Source: Utricularia gibba (lineage: Eukaryota; Plantae; Magnoliophyta). From it: DNA of 64,000 bases. Position numbers and translations under genes: made by a program. The stretch spans positions 4,402,001 through 4,466,000 of the forward strand of contig CM007989.1 in NCBI GenBank assembly GCA_002189035.1. Reading direction: 5' to 3'. Of the stretch, positions 14,386 through 27,953 are shown piece by piece. The notes under the pieces were generated by a model. That model saw only the letters and a program-made list of their open reading frames with translations, was not told where the DNA came from and searched no databases. Numbering within the stretch: the stretch's first letter is position 1; every line of letters begins with the position of its first letter.

Positions 14386-14410
14386 GAGACGAGACGAGAC
14401 GAGACGAGAC
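14386..14410 (+). repeat. (GAGAC)5 microsatellite near the likely start of the NFRKB-like transcript
   Basis: Five exact GAGAC copies. Confidence 0.9.
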
Positions 14411-15229
14411 GATGCCTTGTTCATCTTCATCTCTTCCTCTCCGCTAATTTTTTATCTATCTGATTCGGATTCTTAACCGCCCGCACTTGGTACGACTCTG
14501 TTCCGGTTTCCGTTCTGGTCACTAGGGCTTCTCCAATTCATGTAATATATTTGGATATATTCCCAGTTTCCCTCCTGATTTCTTTATTATTCTAATGCTT
14601 ATTATTTCGGGTTTCACTGTGCGGTGTGACAATCGGGGTCTGTGAGCATCCAAATGATTTTTGCATCCTGTTTCGCCAAGGCATCGAGTTTTTGTTGGCT
14701 TATTTAACACCCAGCTTAGATTTTTTTGAAAAATTGTGCGTCTTTCATCTTTTATGTACGCGATACATCAAATTCCATGAAAGTTAGAATCAAGATCAGT
14801 TTTTCCTTGACTGCAAAAACCTCCACAAGTTGGGTAGGTGAAATTAATGTCATGTGGTTTATCGCTAACTGGATGATATTTTTTTCCAGAAAAAAAATAG
14901 TTAATCTGATTTTATAGTCACTTTTGGGGGAATGGAAACTAAACGAAGTTTATTCTCTTCTTCTGTGAACTTTCTGAGGTCCTAACGCAGTTACTGGTGC
15001 TAGTTAATGGACCTTGTCCTTTTTTTCTTAATGCCTTACTAATAAAGTCAGGTTAGTGTATGTTACTCTTATTTCTGATTTCTATGTTATTTGCTATGTA
15101 ACTCCGCCCTTCACATTAATGATGATAGATCTTGTTATACCTTTGCATTGACTTGGCTTATCAAGTGAGTGAAGAAATGAAGTGATTTTTTCCGTGCGTT
15201 TTATGCAGTACCTGTAGTTGGGGCTAGGT

Positions 15230-18200
15230 ATGGCTAATAAGCAAAAGAAACGGTTGAATGTAACAGCCATAGTTGGATGCCCTTCGCGTGAGCAGTACAG
15301 GGTGAACAAGAAAAAATTTTGTGCGCGAAGACATGATCTTGAAATGAGTGCGAACATCTCCCTCGAGTGGGATGACAAGAAAAAAGGTGTATTTCCAAAA
15401 AGGGAGCAAATTAGCCTGATGCGAAGGCAGTTGATTCCATTTTTTGAGCCTGGATCATATGGTCACAATGCTTTGGCTGATGTCCTACCTGTGCCGAAGG
15501 GGATATTTGATTTAAAGGATCTCTCTGATGTGCTGTCATATGAGGTATAAAGAGTCCACGGGCTAAGCACGTTGAAATTTCTTTTAAATAGCCTCCAGTT
15601 TTCTTTTCCCGGGAATTGTACGCTCATATGGGACTGTTTGTAGGTCTGGCAGAGTCATTTGTCTGAAGAGGAAAGAGGACTTCTTTCATGCCTTCTGCCA
15701 AAGGGCCAAAGTCCTGATGCAGTCGTGCAGGCTCTGCTTGCTGGGGAAAACTTCCATTTTGGAAATCCTTTTATAAAATGGCAAGTTTTTTTTTTTTCTT
15801 TCAGTATTTTGATTTTACTTCAATGCATGCCTGAACGGAGACATAAACATCAGATCATGATAACAATGAGAAAACAAGTTTTTCTAGGAGAGGTGTAAGT
15901 TTGGGTGGCATGTTAACAAAAGCTGTAATCCTGCAGGAGTTCTTCTCTGTGTCACGGAGAGCTTCATCCTGATTATGTTCTTCAGGTGGAACGGTCCCGC
16001 AAAGGCCTAAAGAAACATTATAATGTGGATTTACATGAATATCATCATGAGTATGCTTTCATGTTTAACATTTTTGGTCCTCCGGATCTTTAATATCAGT
16101 TTAGCTGTCTTAGATGTTTAGACTAACTGAAATGTTTTCTTTTCTTAGCATGATACAGAATTTGCAGTTTTGGAAGGGAAAGTGGGCCAACTATAAATAT
16201 CCTGAAGTCGAATTTTTTCAAGATATTTGGCGGTTAAGTTCTTGTTCTATATCTCTGTGTTTATAATCTCTTTTATTCCTGTTCACTTTTGGATATCTGC
16301 ATGGAATGTAGCGTACTGTAATAACACCCAGTGGATGTAAGCATGAAGCATTTAGTTATTTTTAGGTTTTGGCTCGTTTAGATATTGGGTGCCATTTTAT
16401 CTTGTTCGCTGAACATTAATATTTCATTCAAATAAATATCTCATTGGAACATTGCAATGAGTGTAGTTTCACTGAGAATGCGAATGGAATGGAAGAAAAT
16501 GTAGCTGCAACACCTGAGCCTTGTTCCTTGGACGACTCCAAGCTGGTTGATAGTGGTGATAACCAGAATTCTGGAACCGCTCAGGGAGAGTCCAAAAGAA
16601 GGTAACTGAGAACTCTTTTTAATCTCGCTTAGCCTCTTTCTCAGCTAAACCTCCGCAGCAGGAGTTAGTGAAAATTGTGTAATTTTCTTGATTACACATA
16701 AAGGACATAACTTTTTTTTTTTTTTTTTTATGATTCCATGAATAGGCCAAAGTGGTGTTCAGTCCCCCAAAAAAGAGCAAAGCTACTGGAGCATGTCAAT
16801 GAGCTCGGAGACGGAGATGGAGCCAAGTATATGTCATATGTGAAGGTTGTCTTTACATTACAGATCTTTTTTGGCCTTCCCTTGATAATGAATAACGTGT
16901 ATGCCTGATGTGTTAAGAGAATTCTCACACATTTTGAAGTATATTGTCTATTGTGACGTATTAATGGAGCTTTTTTCTTTGTCAGTAGCTACTATTATAT
17001 TTTGCCTCCTGCACTTATCCCCCCCCCCCCCACCACTCCCCTCCTTCGTACATGATATTGATCTTTTGCTTCTTCTTTTTATAGTTGTGTGTACTGATTT
17101 GGTTCCTCAGGTCAGCAAAGAACAGCATGCGCGTTTTAGAAACAGCCTGAAGCTTGCTGGCAATGATGTTCCACCTAGCTCTTTAAGTAGTGTTCTAGGG
17201 ATTATTGACCCTCTGGATGTTCAACCATTTGAAAGGTTTGAGGAAGAGGAAAAAAAGAAGCTGCATGAATGCTGGTTAGTATTTTAGTTTTCTTTTCTTC
17301 TTCATCCTGAGGGGAATGTCTGTCCTCCTGAGACTTGAGTTCATTGCAACATAAATTGTTTAAGGTTGAAGATGGTGGATAAAGATATCCAAAATGCTTT
17401 CCTTCACATGAGAAAGAGACAATCACAGAAACAAGCAACGGCATGTTCTCTCGCAAAAGAAATGAGGCAAAAACTGATTGAGGTCTGCCATTTTGTTTTC
17501 GTACGTGATCTTATCCAAGTTTTCTGCCATTTCCATTCTCATACACACAACAATTTTTGGCTTCGATTTATGTGCAGGCACCTGGAGATGATGAGAAAGT
17601 ATTTTCACAAGACACACCAGTTGCAATTATCAATGACCGTGAAGGGCTTCAAAGTCTGTTTTCTGATGCAAATAAGGTTTGATCTGTTGCCCCTATTTCC
17701 TGCTTAACTGGGCATAGCATGGTCGGGGTTGTTACAACATGTTTCTTTTTCCGTATTTGCTAAATTTCTCGACATCCCACCCTTTTCTTTTTATGGAATC
17801 ATGGACTTGTATCACGGCATGTTTTTCTTTTTTTTTATTCTGATGTTTGTTTTTGTCTTGCAATACCTATGACGACTAACTGCCTAGGCATCTCCTTAGA
17901 GTTGGGTATCGATTTAAAAATGCTACAAGGACTTGGAATTGACTTCTTTTTTGGAGAAAGAAAAAAAGGAAATTTACAATGCGATCTCAAATTGCTTTGC
18001 TTTCTCCTGGGACCTAATTATGTGTTTTCATGTTTACGTTTTTGTCAGGGTGAAAAGGCAATCAGAAGTGACTCCATTCGCGAGGAGCAGGATCATGAAA
18101 ATGATGATGCCAACTATTTATCAGAGCCTGCTTCCATTCATAATCATAACCCGCTGAAGATTTCTTTCAGTGATGGCTCCCCAACGATTACTCTAGCCAC

Positions 18201-19343
18201 CTCTGCTTCTATCCATGGTCAGCAGAAGCCGCAAGCTTGTTCACGTAATAGCTATTGCCAGACTGATTCGGTTGAGTGCCTCAAAGATAAAAGAAGTGAA
18301 GCAGTAGAAAATGATTCTGCAAGTGTATCAGAGTATCCAAGGAATCTGAATCATGTTGATGTTCCAGCTGTGCAAGAGTACCCATTTCCATCAACTAGCA
18401 GTGGTTGGGTGGACGATGCTCATGGTTACTTTAACCCCACGGATGTCAATTCTGCGTATGCAGCACATCAAGATCTGTCAATTGGAAGCGAAAATTATTC
18501 CAGTGGCCAAACACTCAGAATCCTCAGGCTTGAAGCTGATCAGCAGGCTAAAGATGTGAAGAAGGATATGCTACAAATGAGAACCGATAATCTACCATTT
18601 TTCACGACGTACACGAACCCTGATTGCAGCGAACTCCTCCAGTCTGTCGTCAAGGATCAGAACAACCTACAATGTCACCATCAGGAAAAACAAACAGGTT
18701 TAGATTTCCAACCGGATAGCTATCCCATGATTGATAGAGGGAGGCTTCCTAGAGATATAAGGGTGAGTTGGTGCATCCATCAGTTCCTCTGGAGATGAGG
18801 CAGAAAAGGTTGGATGATGTATATATTCGAGAGAATGTGTATCCTGGTGGTTGCTTTGCTCTTCCTGGTCGTGTTCATCAGCAACCTCTAAATCAGGGCT
18901 GGGTAGGTAACATCAGCCCGGTGGGCATGCCAGTCATCCCAGAAACTCATTCTAATGGGGTGTTGGCTCAAGGTCTTCATGCATATGACAGCGGTTTTCG
19001 GCATGCTTGGCCTCCATTTGGTGTTGTTGATGGGCATCATAGCCTAAGCGCTGGAATCAACACGGATCAAACCCTTTACTCTGTTGTTTCAGAATGTGGG
19101 GAAATAAGTCCTCGAATCAATCACGAGGCATTGGTTTCTAACACTAGTTTCCTTTCTCCTGGAAATTTTGGTGGAATTGGTCGAGGGTCACCCTCCAGGG
19201 GCCTTTGCTCATCTCAGCCGTTGATTTACTCTAGTGACCATGAGCAAGCTACGAACGTCAAGCTCAGCAACTTGGGATGGATGACAATTCCACCGCAGAA
19301 TCCCAGGATACAGGAGCAGACCCTAAGGTCTTGGAATAAATGA
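15230..19343 (+). CDS. NFRKB-related (INO80 subunit / DEUBAD-like) protein, multi-exon, with one GC-AG intron and a frameshift near 18757
   Basis: ISLEWDDKKK...KREQISL, LADVLPVP..IFDLKDLSDVLSYEVWQSHLSEEER..L, ENFHFGNPFIKW..SLCHGELHPD match the plant NFRKB-like family as I recall it. Confidence 0.82.
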
Positions 19344-20026
19344 GGATTCACCACTGAGTACACAAAACCGCGGGCAGAACATTGACACCATGTGAACCAA
19401 GAGTTTTGTGCATGAAACCTTGACTGGGAAGGAAGATTAGCTGTTGCAAGCTGCACTACCTGTATTCCCCTGGATCTTCCTATATCATGCCTTTTGTCAT
19501 CTGCATGTCGGGCTTCCTCTGACCTTGTTCTTCTGATAATTGTTGGGGGTAATGAAAGCCCTAATGTAGCACAGTGTACATAATAGATTCAGCGGCCTTT
19601 TTTCAATGCATATCAGTCAAAATAGTAAGTCAAGAACCGAAGTGAAGATAAATAGGCAGATGACTCGCAGTTACTTGTGCAAGGCTTACACAAGAAATTG
19701 GGAAACTAAAATTGGTAACACCTGCCAAAATTATGGGTGTACGAACTGGATATATTTTTTGCCTTATTTTGTCACTCTTATTCTCTCTACTACTCTAGAA
19801 TCTTGCAAAGCTCCCTTCGCTTTTTCCAGGGCATGTATTATTACACTGCTAATATTGCTTTGACTTCATTGGGGTAACTTGGTGTTGAATTGCATCAATG
19901 TATATACATGGCGGTTTTCACAGAGTCACTGAGTTGGATATAAATGTGCACAGAAGCAACCAGGGAAACAAAACAACCTGGAGGAAATGCTAACATTTGA
20001 GTGGCAGCTGCTGGTTGTTTTGTTTG

Positions 20027-22227
20027 TTACTTGGAAGCCCTGAAAAGTTGGCTTCCCAGTGTAACAACTGGGGTTCCTTCTCCCATGATTATTGTTAAGC
20101 TCATCTCCTTCTCTAGAATTCCATCCAATTCCGATACCACTTGGTTCATCGATGGCCGCCTCTCGTTCGCATTCTGCAAACACAGCACCATCAGCTGCAT
20201 CAACTCTTCCATCCCTTCTCTTGTATAACAATTTCCCAATCTCTGGTCAACTATTCTGCTTCTATCCTCAATCTCTTCTCCCACCTGCCCACATGTCACT
20301 ATTCATTAGCCTTCATCACCTGGAGTTTTCAAACACACGTGTGTTATTGTAATATTTCACACCACAACATCACGCTGCAATCAAGTCCATCTGCTATCCT
20401 CTATGTAACAGACAACAAAAAGGGGTGTGATAATGTGCCATTCTGGAGTAAAGCAACCTAGAAGTGAAAGATTATATACCCACTCTGCTATGTCTTGGCC
20501 TAGAGCAAGTTCTGAAGGCACAACTTCCTTAGCTTGACGCCCACAAACTAATTCCAGAAGAAACACCCCAAAACTGTACACATCAGATCTGTCAGAAAAT
20601 CGTCTGGACTCTCTGACCCTGCAAAGAAGTGATCACTAATTAGTGCAGTGCAAAACTGTACCATGGTATTTCAAGTTTGTATGCTATTTGAGAGAGTAAG
20701 TGGTTTTTGGTCGGTTTCCCGAGTATATAGATGAAAGATTTTGGCCTGTAGAACAAGCCTGTGCATCTTAGTTGGAAAATGTGAAATAGGAAGCATGGTG
20801 TTTACTCTGGAGCAAGAAAAATATCATGAGGAGCATTCTCTTGAGAAGAGGGGCCTCCAGTATCATATCTCCCTAGAAAATCAAGTATCCCGGCATCGGC
20901 TACTTTGGGTACGAAATCCTCATCAACCAGGACATTAGCTGTCTTGAAATCCTTGTGGATTAACTTTGGACTAAGGGAATGCAGATGGTTCAAACCTTTA
21001 AAGAAAATTTAGAAAAGCATCAATTACGTGAAATGTTCAGGAGGTGAATTCAGAAGAGTGCATATTCTATTGTACCTTGTAAGTTGTAATAACGAACACA
21101 CAAAATAATACCAGGAAAACTTAAAATACTGACTGCCTTTGCAGAAGATCACCTCTAGCAGCTCCAAGAGCTATTGCCAGCCTGTGCTTGAAGTCCAGCT
21201 TAACTGGCGCAACCTGACTCGTACCTTGGATGTAGAAACAAGTGTACATTAGATTTTCTGGTGTTGGTTAACACAAATTCTGCATGCATTTAAAGAGATA
21301 ATTACCATACAAATGGGAAGAAACACTTCCATTTGAAATAAACTCATAGACAAGAACCTGCTGCTCATTTTCTTGGCAATAACCCAGAAGGGTCACAAGA
21401 TTTCGGTGTCGAATAAATGAAAGAGAGCGAACCTGATGTAATAAGCAACGTTGATATCATAAACTAGTAAGTTCAAATGAACAGCAAACAAAGACTGGAG
21501 GACACCTGAAATAATTTCAAGTTCAGGGAATCAACATATGTCAACAGCATTCAAGTTTCTGGGGTATTACTTGAAGTCGAATTTTAGTTTCAGCAAAAGT
21601 TGTTTGTTTTCCTTTTTTGAAATAGAGAATTAAATGAATCTTGAACTAAAGGAGGCCACACTGCAGAACAAGGCCATTTGTTATCTGCTGCTTGTGAGAC
21701 CAACACCTTGAACTTGAAGCTCGTGTATCATTTTTCTTGTTACAGTTGAAGAAATGTAATCCATGAGTGAGAGATACAGATACCTCATCTGCAAACTCCT
21801 GACTCGGGGATCCATGTCGCTTTTTTATTGCTACAAGCGTCCCATCATTCAGCAATCCCTTATAAACCTCCCCAAATTTTCCTACACCAATCAAACTTCT
21901 GTCATCAAAATTTCTTGTTGCTGATGACAATTCTTCCATCTCGTATCTCCTTGCCTCGGAGGAGGCAAACTCTGTCCCCAAACCACCGCCAACTACAAGA
22001 AATCAAGTTGCACCCATTCTTCTCAACATTGCTGATATGGTAATATTATTCTAAGAACATGAAAGGAAAGGTTTACTCTGAATAGATGGATCAGAAGAGC
22101 CTGTCCCGGATCTTCTTGAAGAGTTCCTTGCTTGAAAAATGAAATGCCAAAAAATAATAATCACTATGAACACCAATGCAATGGCTCCTGCAGCACCTCC
22201 TAAAATGGCTGCAAGGTTTCTTGACAT
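20027..22227 (-). CDS. Single-pass receptor-like Ser/Thr kinase with atypical catalytic motifs (At3g26700-like)
   Basis: MSRNLAAILGGAAGAIAL-TM; ARRYEMEELSSAT; IGVGKFGEVYKG; VAIKKR; LIHKDFKTANVLVDE; KVADAG; [13 protein letters not shown]; C-terminus MGEGTPVVTLGSQLF. The spliced frame is continuous. Confidence 0.9.
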
Positions 22228-23575
22228 TTGTTCTGGGAACTAGTCCAACTTTCTCGTTGATGTTTGGGATAAAAGAAAGGAAATAAACATGGGATTGGGA
22301 ATTGCAAGAACATCCAAACACGAGTACAATAATTTCATAGAAAGAGAGCTTTTCCACGAAGCAGGAAATACGGAAAACAAAACATGGAGTACAGAAAAAG
22401 ATCAGGGGCAGCACGTACAAAAAGGTGAACTATAGCAGGAGTAACTGCACCTAGGAAAAGAGTACAATGAAGAAAAAGCTTCCGACTTTTTTCACACAAG
22501 CTAAGCTGTGATTCTCTAAGCAAACCCAGCTTCAGTAAGCAGAGAATGTTAAAGGAGAGGGAGTTTCTGGGTCAGAAGAATTCACCCAACATCCCAACAA
22601 GAGCATAAAGAGAGAAAGAGAACCTGACATATATCAGGTGAGGTTTTCGGTTGACGCAATGGGTGTTGGTTAGTCTAATAACCTTGAAAATGATGCATCA
22701 TCAGCTCGCAAAAAGAACCAACGATTGCTAAAGGGGAATCATTATGAGGGCCAGTCAAGATCACCAATATTCCATACCAGCATTAGTTCCAGACAGACAA
22801 GAAGGTAACACCCAACAGCCGCCGACACTACATGAATTTATTTCTGCAACCCACGAACCGATTCATTATGAATGAATCTCATCCACATGCAAACTTTTTG
22901 TATACTAAGCGCTACAAAACTCTAAGTGTGGACAAGAAAGCGGGAAATGAAATCAATCAATCTCCTTTTTCCCCAAAAAAATAAAAAAACAACTCTAGGA
23001 GGGAGTTCGAGTGAGCATGCGCTGTAAAGCAAAGGAATAAGAGTTGCCAGCAGATACTGCAGCTGGGCAGCAGAATATATATTACACATTTTTTATATAT
23101 ATATCCTTCATTTTCCTCATCTCTTCAGATCCACAATTTGAGTAAGATTCTCGGTCCCGATTACCAACCATCCAAATGAACGTTTCCAGAAAAAAAAAAT
23201 CTGCAGTTGATTCACAGAAAATCACAATTTGCATGGAACTCAGGAGAAAATTAAGCTTGGATGTAATCAACTTTAAAGATATTATTAAATATATTGAACT
23301 ATAAATATACTCATTCACATCAAAATATTTTAGATAAAAATAAATATTTCACATTATAAACAGAAAAGAAATTTATAGATATTAATATTATTTTACTTTT
23401 CTATCTACTTAGAAACCTCAAAGCATTCGTTTTTTTTATTACGAATACGCTAAAAGATAATGGGTAAAATTGTAGTATAATTTGTTTGGATGAAAGTTTC
23501 ATATTAAAGAGAGTTTACATTATTAAGAATTAGATAAAACTTTATTTATAGATTTAAGATAAAATTATATTTGGT

Positions 23576-23577
<2 letters not shown>

Positions 23578-23609
<32 letters not shown>
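23578..23609 (+). repeat. (AT)16 microsatellite
   Basis: Pure AT run. Confidence 0.9.
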
Positions 23610-23611
<2 letters not shown>

Positions 23612-24849
23612 AATTTATAATTATTTAAAAGAAAAATATATTATTATTCTTAATAAAAAATTTCTTTTTTTATTAATTAGATGAAAAAGTTAGAATTAGA
23701 AAAAATGAATCGTTGATATATTAAAATCAAGTTGATTTTAATATTGCAAGTGGATTTTGATAAATTCATATCTATGTATTTAAATAGGGTTTAGAAAATA
23801 TAATATAATTATTTTATACTTTAAATCAAATGCATATTTTTTATTAGATAATGTAGAACTCTTGTTACAAAACATCGGTAAGTCTTTGTCTGAAAATTGA
23901 AATTTTTCAATAACAAGTTTATATTATAAATTCAAGATCATAATTTATTAATATTATTTTTAATATTTCTTTGACATGACTTATGACTCTGCGTTTTCAG
24001 ACACGATCTCGTACGAGGTTTTTGAGGAAGAAAATGGAATTACAACACATCACTAGGAGCAAGGGGCACAAGGAATTCACAGACGCCGGCGCAGTGCGCT
24101 GCCCCAACAAACAACCAGAAGGGTTTGGTTCTCAGGTATTTCGCCTGGAGGAGGAGTCCCCGGATCTGGTAATGCTGCCAACGCCCATTCTCGATGAGAG
24201 ATCGCAGCAACTTACGGCGACGTCGCCGGTTAGCTGCTGGTATTGTTTTCTCCACTTCACTCCGTGAAGCAGCAGCTTTTCTGCCCATTTCAATGTCTTC
24301 CGCCGTACCCTTTTCCATATTGGGACGCTACCTTGGCTCTGAAGTTGTTCTTTGGTGGAGGCATTACAAGCAACCAAGTACATTTGGCATCCTGCAATTT
24401 GGGTTCTCAAGCTGGAGACTTGAACTGTAGTAGTTCACTCGGTCGGTGAAACGATTGAGAAGCGGCGGAAAGTTGAAGTAAGCGGAGAAGAGAGCCTTGA
24501 GTTAATTGTGTATGCAATGGACCGGAAGAGACGCAACGGCTGGGGCAAAGGCCAAACAGTACTATTAGGCCTCGAAGATATGGAGTGGTCCATAAAAATT
24601 CCATCTTTTCAACATTTGCTTTTTCGAATCAGCTGCGACGGGAGCTGTTGAGTTCGGATTCATGCTTCAGAAGTTTCACCATTTCAGTTGCCTTGTCATA
24701 AAAATGAAGGTCATAAGTTGCCTTCTTGTGTTACAAGACGATTCTATCAGGATCGTCTGTTTGCCAAATAACATGAAGATGGCAAACCAGAAAAAGTGTA
24801 AATGCCATGAATGAGAAATGCGCACGCATTTCCGTTGATGTTGCAGTTG

Positions 24850-26387
24850 CTATTGATCTCCCCTGTGAATTACTGGAGGAGTTGGGGCTCTCATGGCTTC
24901 TTCTTCGACCAAAAAAGTCTGGTTTTGCTCCAACTGAGGATGACTGTTTCTGTGTGAAGAAAGCTCGACATCTTCGCGTGGCAATGGGGAGATGGGACTT
25001 TTCTGTAAGAATCTATCTTCCACGATATCGTACGAGTTTCCGGTTCGAACTTCTTGTGCAACAGAGCACCAGCAGCAGAAGAGCCACAAAGCACAGTCAG
25101 TGACAGATGGTTGCCCACAACAAGATGTGTAAGATGGCAAATTGTATCTCTTCCTCATCTGAATTCTCCAAAACCCACCATAGAGTAAACCAAATGCACA
25201 TAGGCAAATCCCAGTGACGCCAAGTGCTCCCCTGAGCATCTCGTTGTCAAGGTTCAGAGCTGCTAACGTAAAAATCCAGAATGGAGCCATGCAAAACAGG
25301 ATGAAGGTTGCAATATGAACATACATATTGCCAAATCCAAGTCTCTCCATGTTCCATCCGAAGATGCAGAAGGTGCAGAAAAGGGAGAGATAAGCCACCG
25401 AAATGTCGTCCCATATGTCAAGGATGCCACCACCCCACTGCGGCCTGATCACAAGAGCTTTCTCCAAATCGCCAGATGCAAATGAGTACCTTTTTTCAAG
25501 TGATATTCTCCTATCACCAAGATGAGTCCCTTCGTCTGTCTCGGTTTCATAATCTTTCCCAAGTGGACTAAACATGGAGTAGACTCCAGCAAATGCAGCA
25601 GCACCAAACGCTACAGCTAAGCAGAGTCCAACTCCAATGGCAGGTCGATTAGATCTCCTGTATCCTAAGTTGAGACCACAGAGCGCATATTGAGCAAAAC
25701 AATTGAGATTGAGAAATAACACTACCACCATCATGTGCATCCATTCATTAGGCTTATAAGTTCCGTTCTTACAGTAGACTTTTCTGAGCTTCACAACATC
25801 TTCTGGCCTCCATCTCAGTAGCAGAGCAAGGTGATATAATCGTTTTGGGTGCTGATATAAACACATGAGGGTGAATAGCGCATTCAGGATTTGATTATTA
25901 ACCTCAAACCAAGTATCCCTTTGAGATCTCCGTGGGAGAACACGATTTAGCATCCCTGTCATGATCATAAAAAGGAAAGCACCGGAGACAGCAACACAGA
26001 TGATCCAAATGAAAAAAGCCATATTAGATGGATCCCTTATCCATTCCTTGCACATCCTCCAGAGAGAATCCCAGCCAATTTTCTTATGAATAAGCTTGCG
26101 GAAGCGTTCACGAATATGAAGATCTGTCGAAGAGGGTACAGCCCGCGACGCTTCATCTCTCTCATGAGCAAGGTTCTGAAATTTGGCGCTAGGTGATTCC
26201 AAGCTAGCAAATTGAAGGTATTTTAGCCTGTTAACGGCAGGCACACCACTTCTGCCCCACTCTGGGAATTTTCACCACTAATGAGACTTTTTTTTGATGC
26301 TGAGACATGCAGAGGAAGACGGCCTTTAGGTTCACCAGGCACAGACTCACTATCTCCACTTCCCCTACACTCATTATTGGACACCAT
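24850..26387 (-). CDS. PLAC8-family (DUF2985 + PLAC8) membrane protein, intronless CDS, frameshift near 26256
   Basis: 464-aa ORF with WFEVNNQILNALFTLMCLYQHPKR, VYCKNGTYKPNEW, YGGFWRIQMRKRYNLP and DCALWLFCCWCSVAQEVRT. The homolog-like N-terminus MVSNNE...EPKGRLPLHVS starts at 26387 in another frame. Confidence 0.9.
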
Positions 26388-27953
26388 TCTATGCTTCTTG
26401 ATTCTTTGTTGTGGCTAAGTGTCCTGAGCAAGTTATGTGCAGTTTTTTCTTCCCTGGACCATGCTAATGAAAGGCATAAATGTGTTAAAGCAGGAGAAGC
26501 ATTTTCAAGTAGCAGTCATCTAAAGGCATATCAAAACAGAAAATAAGATATTGAACTAAAGCATTATCTTATAGCATCAGGAACAGAAATCACAAACCCC
26601 ACTCCCAAAGAAACAACTTTACTCATGAAATTCAAACACCGAATTGAACCGCTACAGAATGCATAAGGAAGCAGTTTTTCAGAATACCCATGGTCGGGGA
26701 AAGACTGGACTGATATGCGAAGCTCAAACTTCATCAAAGATTGATCACCAGAAATTTCTTAAGCAGCCCCTCCCAAGCGCATAAAAAGCCAAGAGGCAGA
26801 GAGACACCGGAACAAAAAAAAATGGGATGTGATTTTCAGAGGAAAAAATCACCTGGGCATCACTAATTGCGAGTCATACCTTGGGATCTCTGAGCAAGGT
26901 CACGTCATCCCATTCTTTGAAACCTTGATAATCCCAGAATCAAGCTTATAAGTCTTTGTTTCAATGAAAAGAGTAAACAAGTCCTTGTTAACAAAGCAAA
27001 TGGCTATGAGATTCCATCCTAGCCATTCAAACTGCAATCGAGCTAACCCAAGCCAGGCGAAAATTGAAAGCCCATAATACAATTCAACGATTTAACTAGA
27101 ATCGAAAGGCTATTGGAAAGTTAGCTACGAAGAAAAAAACATCATTTTCTCCACAAAATCAGAAAGTCAAGGTGGCCATTGAAATGTATTTAACTCCATT
27201 GCCTCTTGCCTTTGATTATTCAAAAGCTTCTTATGATAACAATTTTAATAGCCGTTGTTGCAAATCGTATAGCCGTACAGGTCACTTTTATTTCGGATAT
27301 TTGTAATTTCTTGTATCTATTTTTAATTATAAATTTGAATCAAATAATATATAGGTACGGATGCAATGATTTGTCAATTTACGAATTCGGATATGCCGAT
27401 TCCTTATTTAAAAAATTATGAATATATTTGAGTAATTTCAATATATGATATTTAACTTATACTAAATTATTTTTAAAATATTAAAATAAAATAATTTTAA
27501 CTATGCAGGTAATGAAACTTCAAATATGCGTATTTCTCTTGAGATAGATTCAATTAAAGTTTTGAAAATAAAAATTCATAGATTATTAGAATAAAAAAAT
27601 ATTTCTATAATCATGATCAAATAAGAAATGAATATAAATAAATTAAAATTAAAAAAATCAATAACTTAAAAATATCCTAATATCATATTCACAAATCTAC
27701 AAATATAAATTCATAATAAAAAAAATTCAACATTAATAAAAAAATAGATAACTGATAAATAATGATTATTGAATTTTAAATAGAGGATGAGGAAAAAGGA
27801 TGAGTCATGATCTGGATATAAATATAAATGAATAATATTTATTAATAAAATCATTGACTAAAATATTAAATTTAAAATTAAAAAATAAGGTAGCATACCA
27901 CGAATATGTATGAGATTCACCCCATCACTCGGTGTGCTAGAATTACCTAAAAA

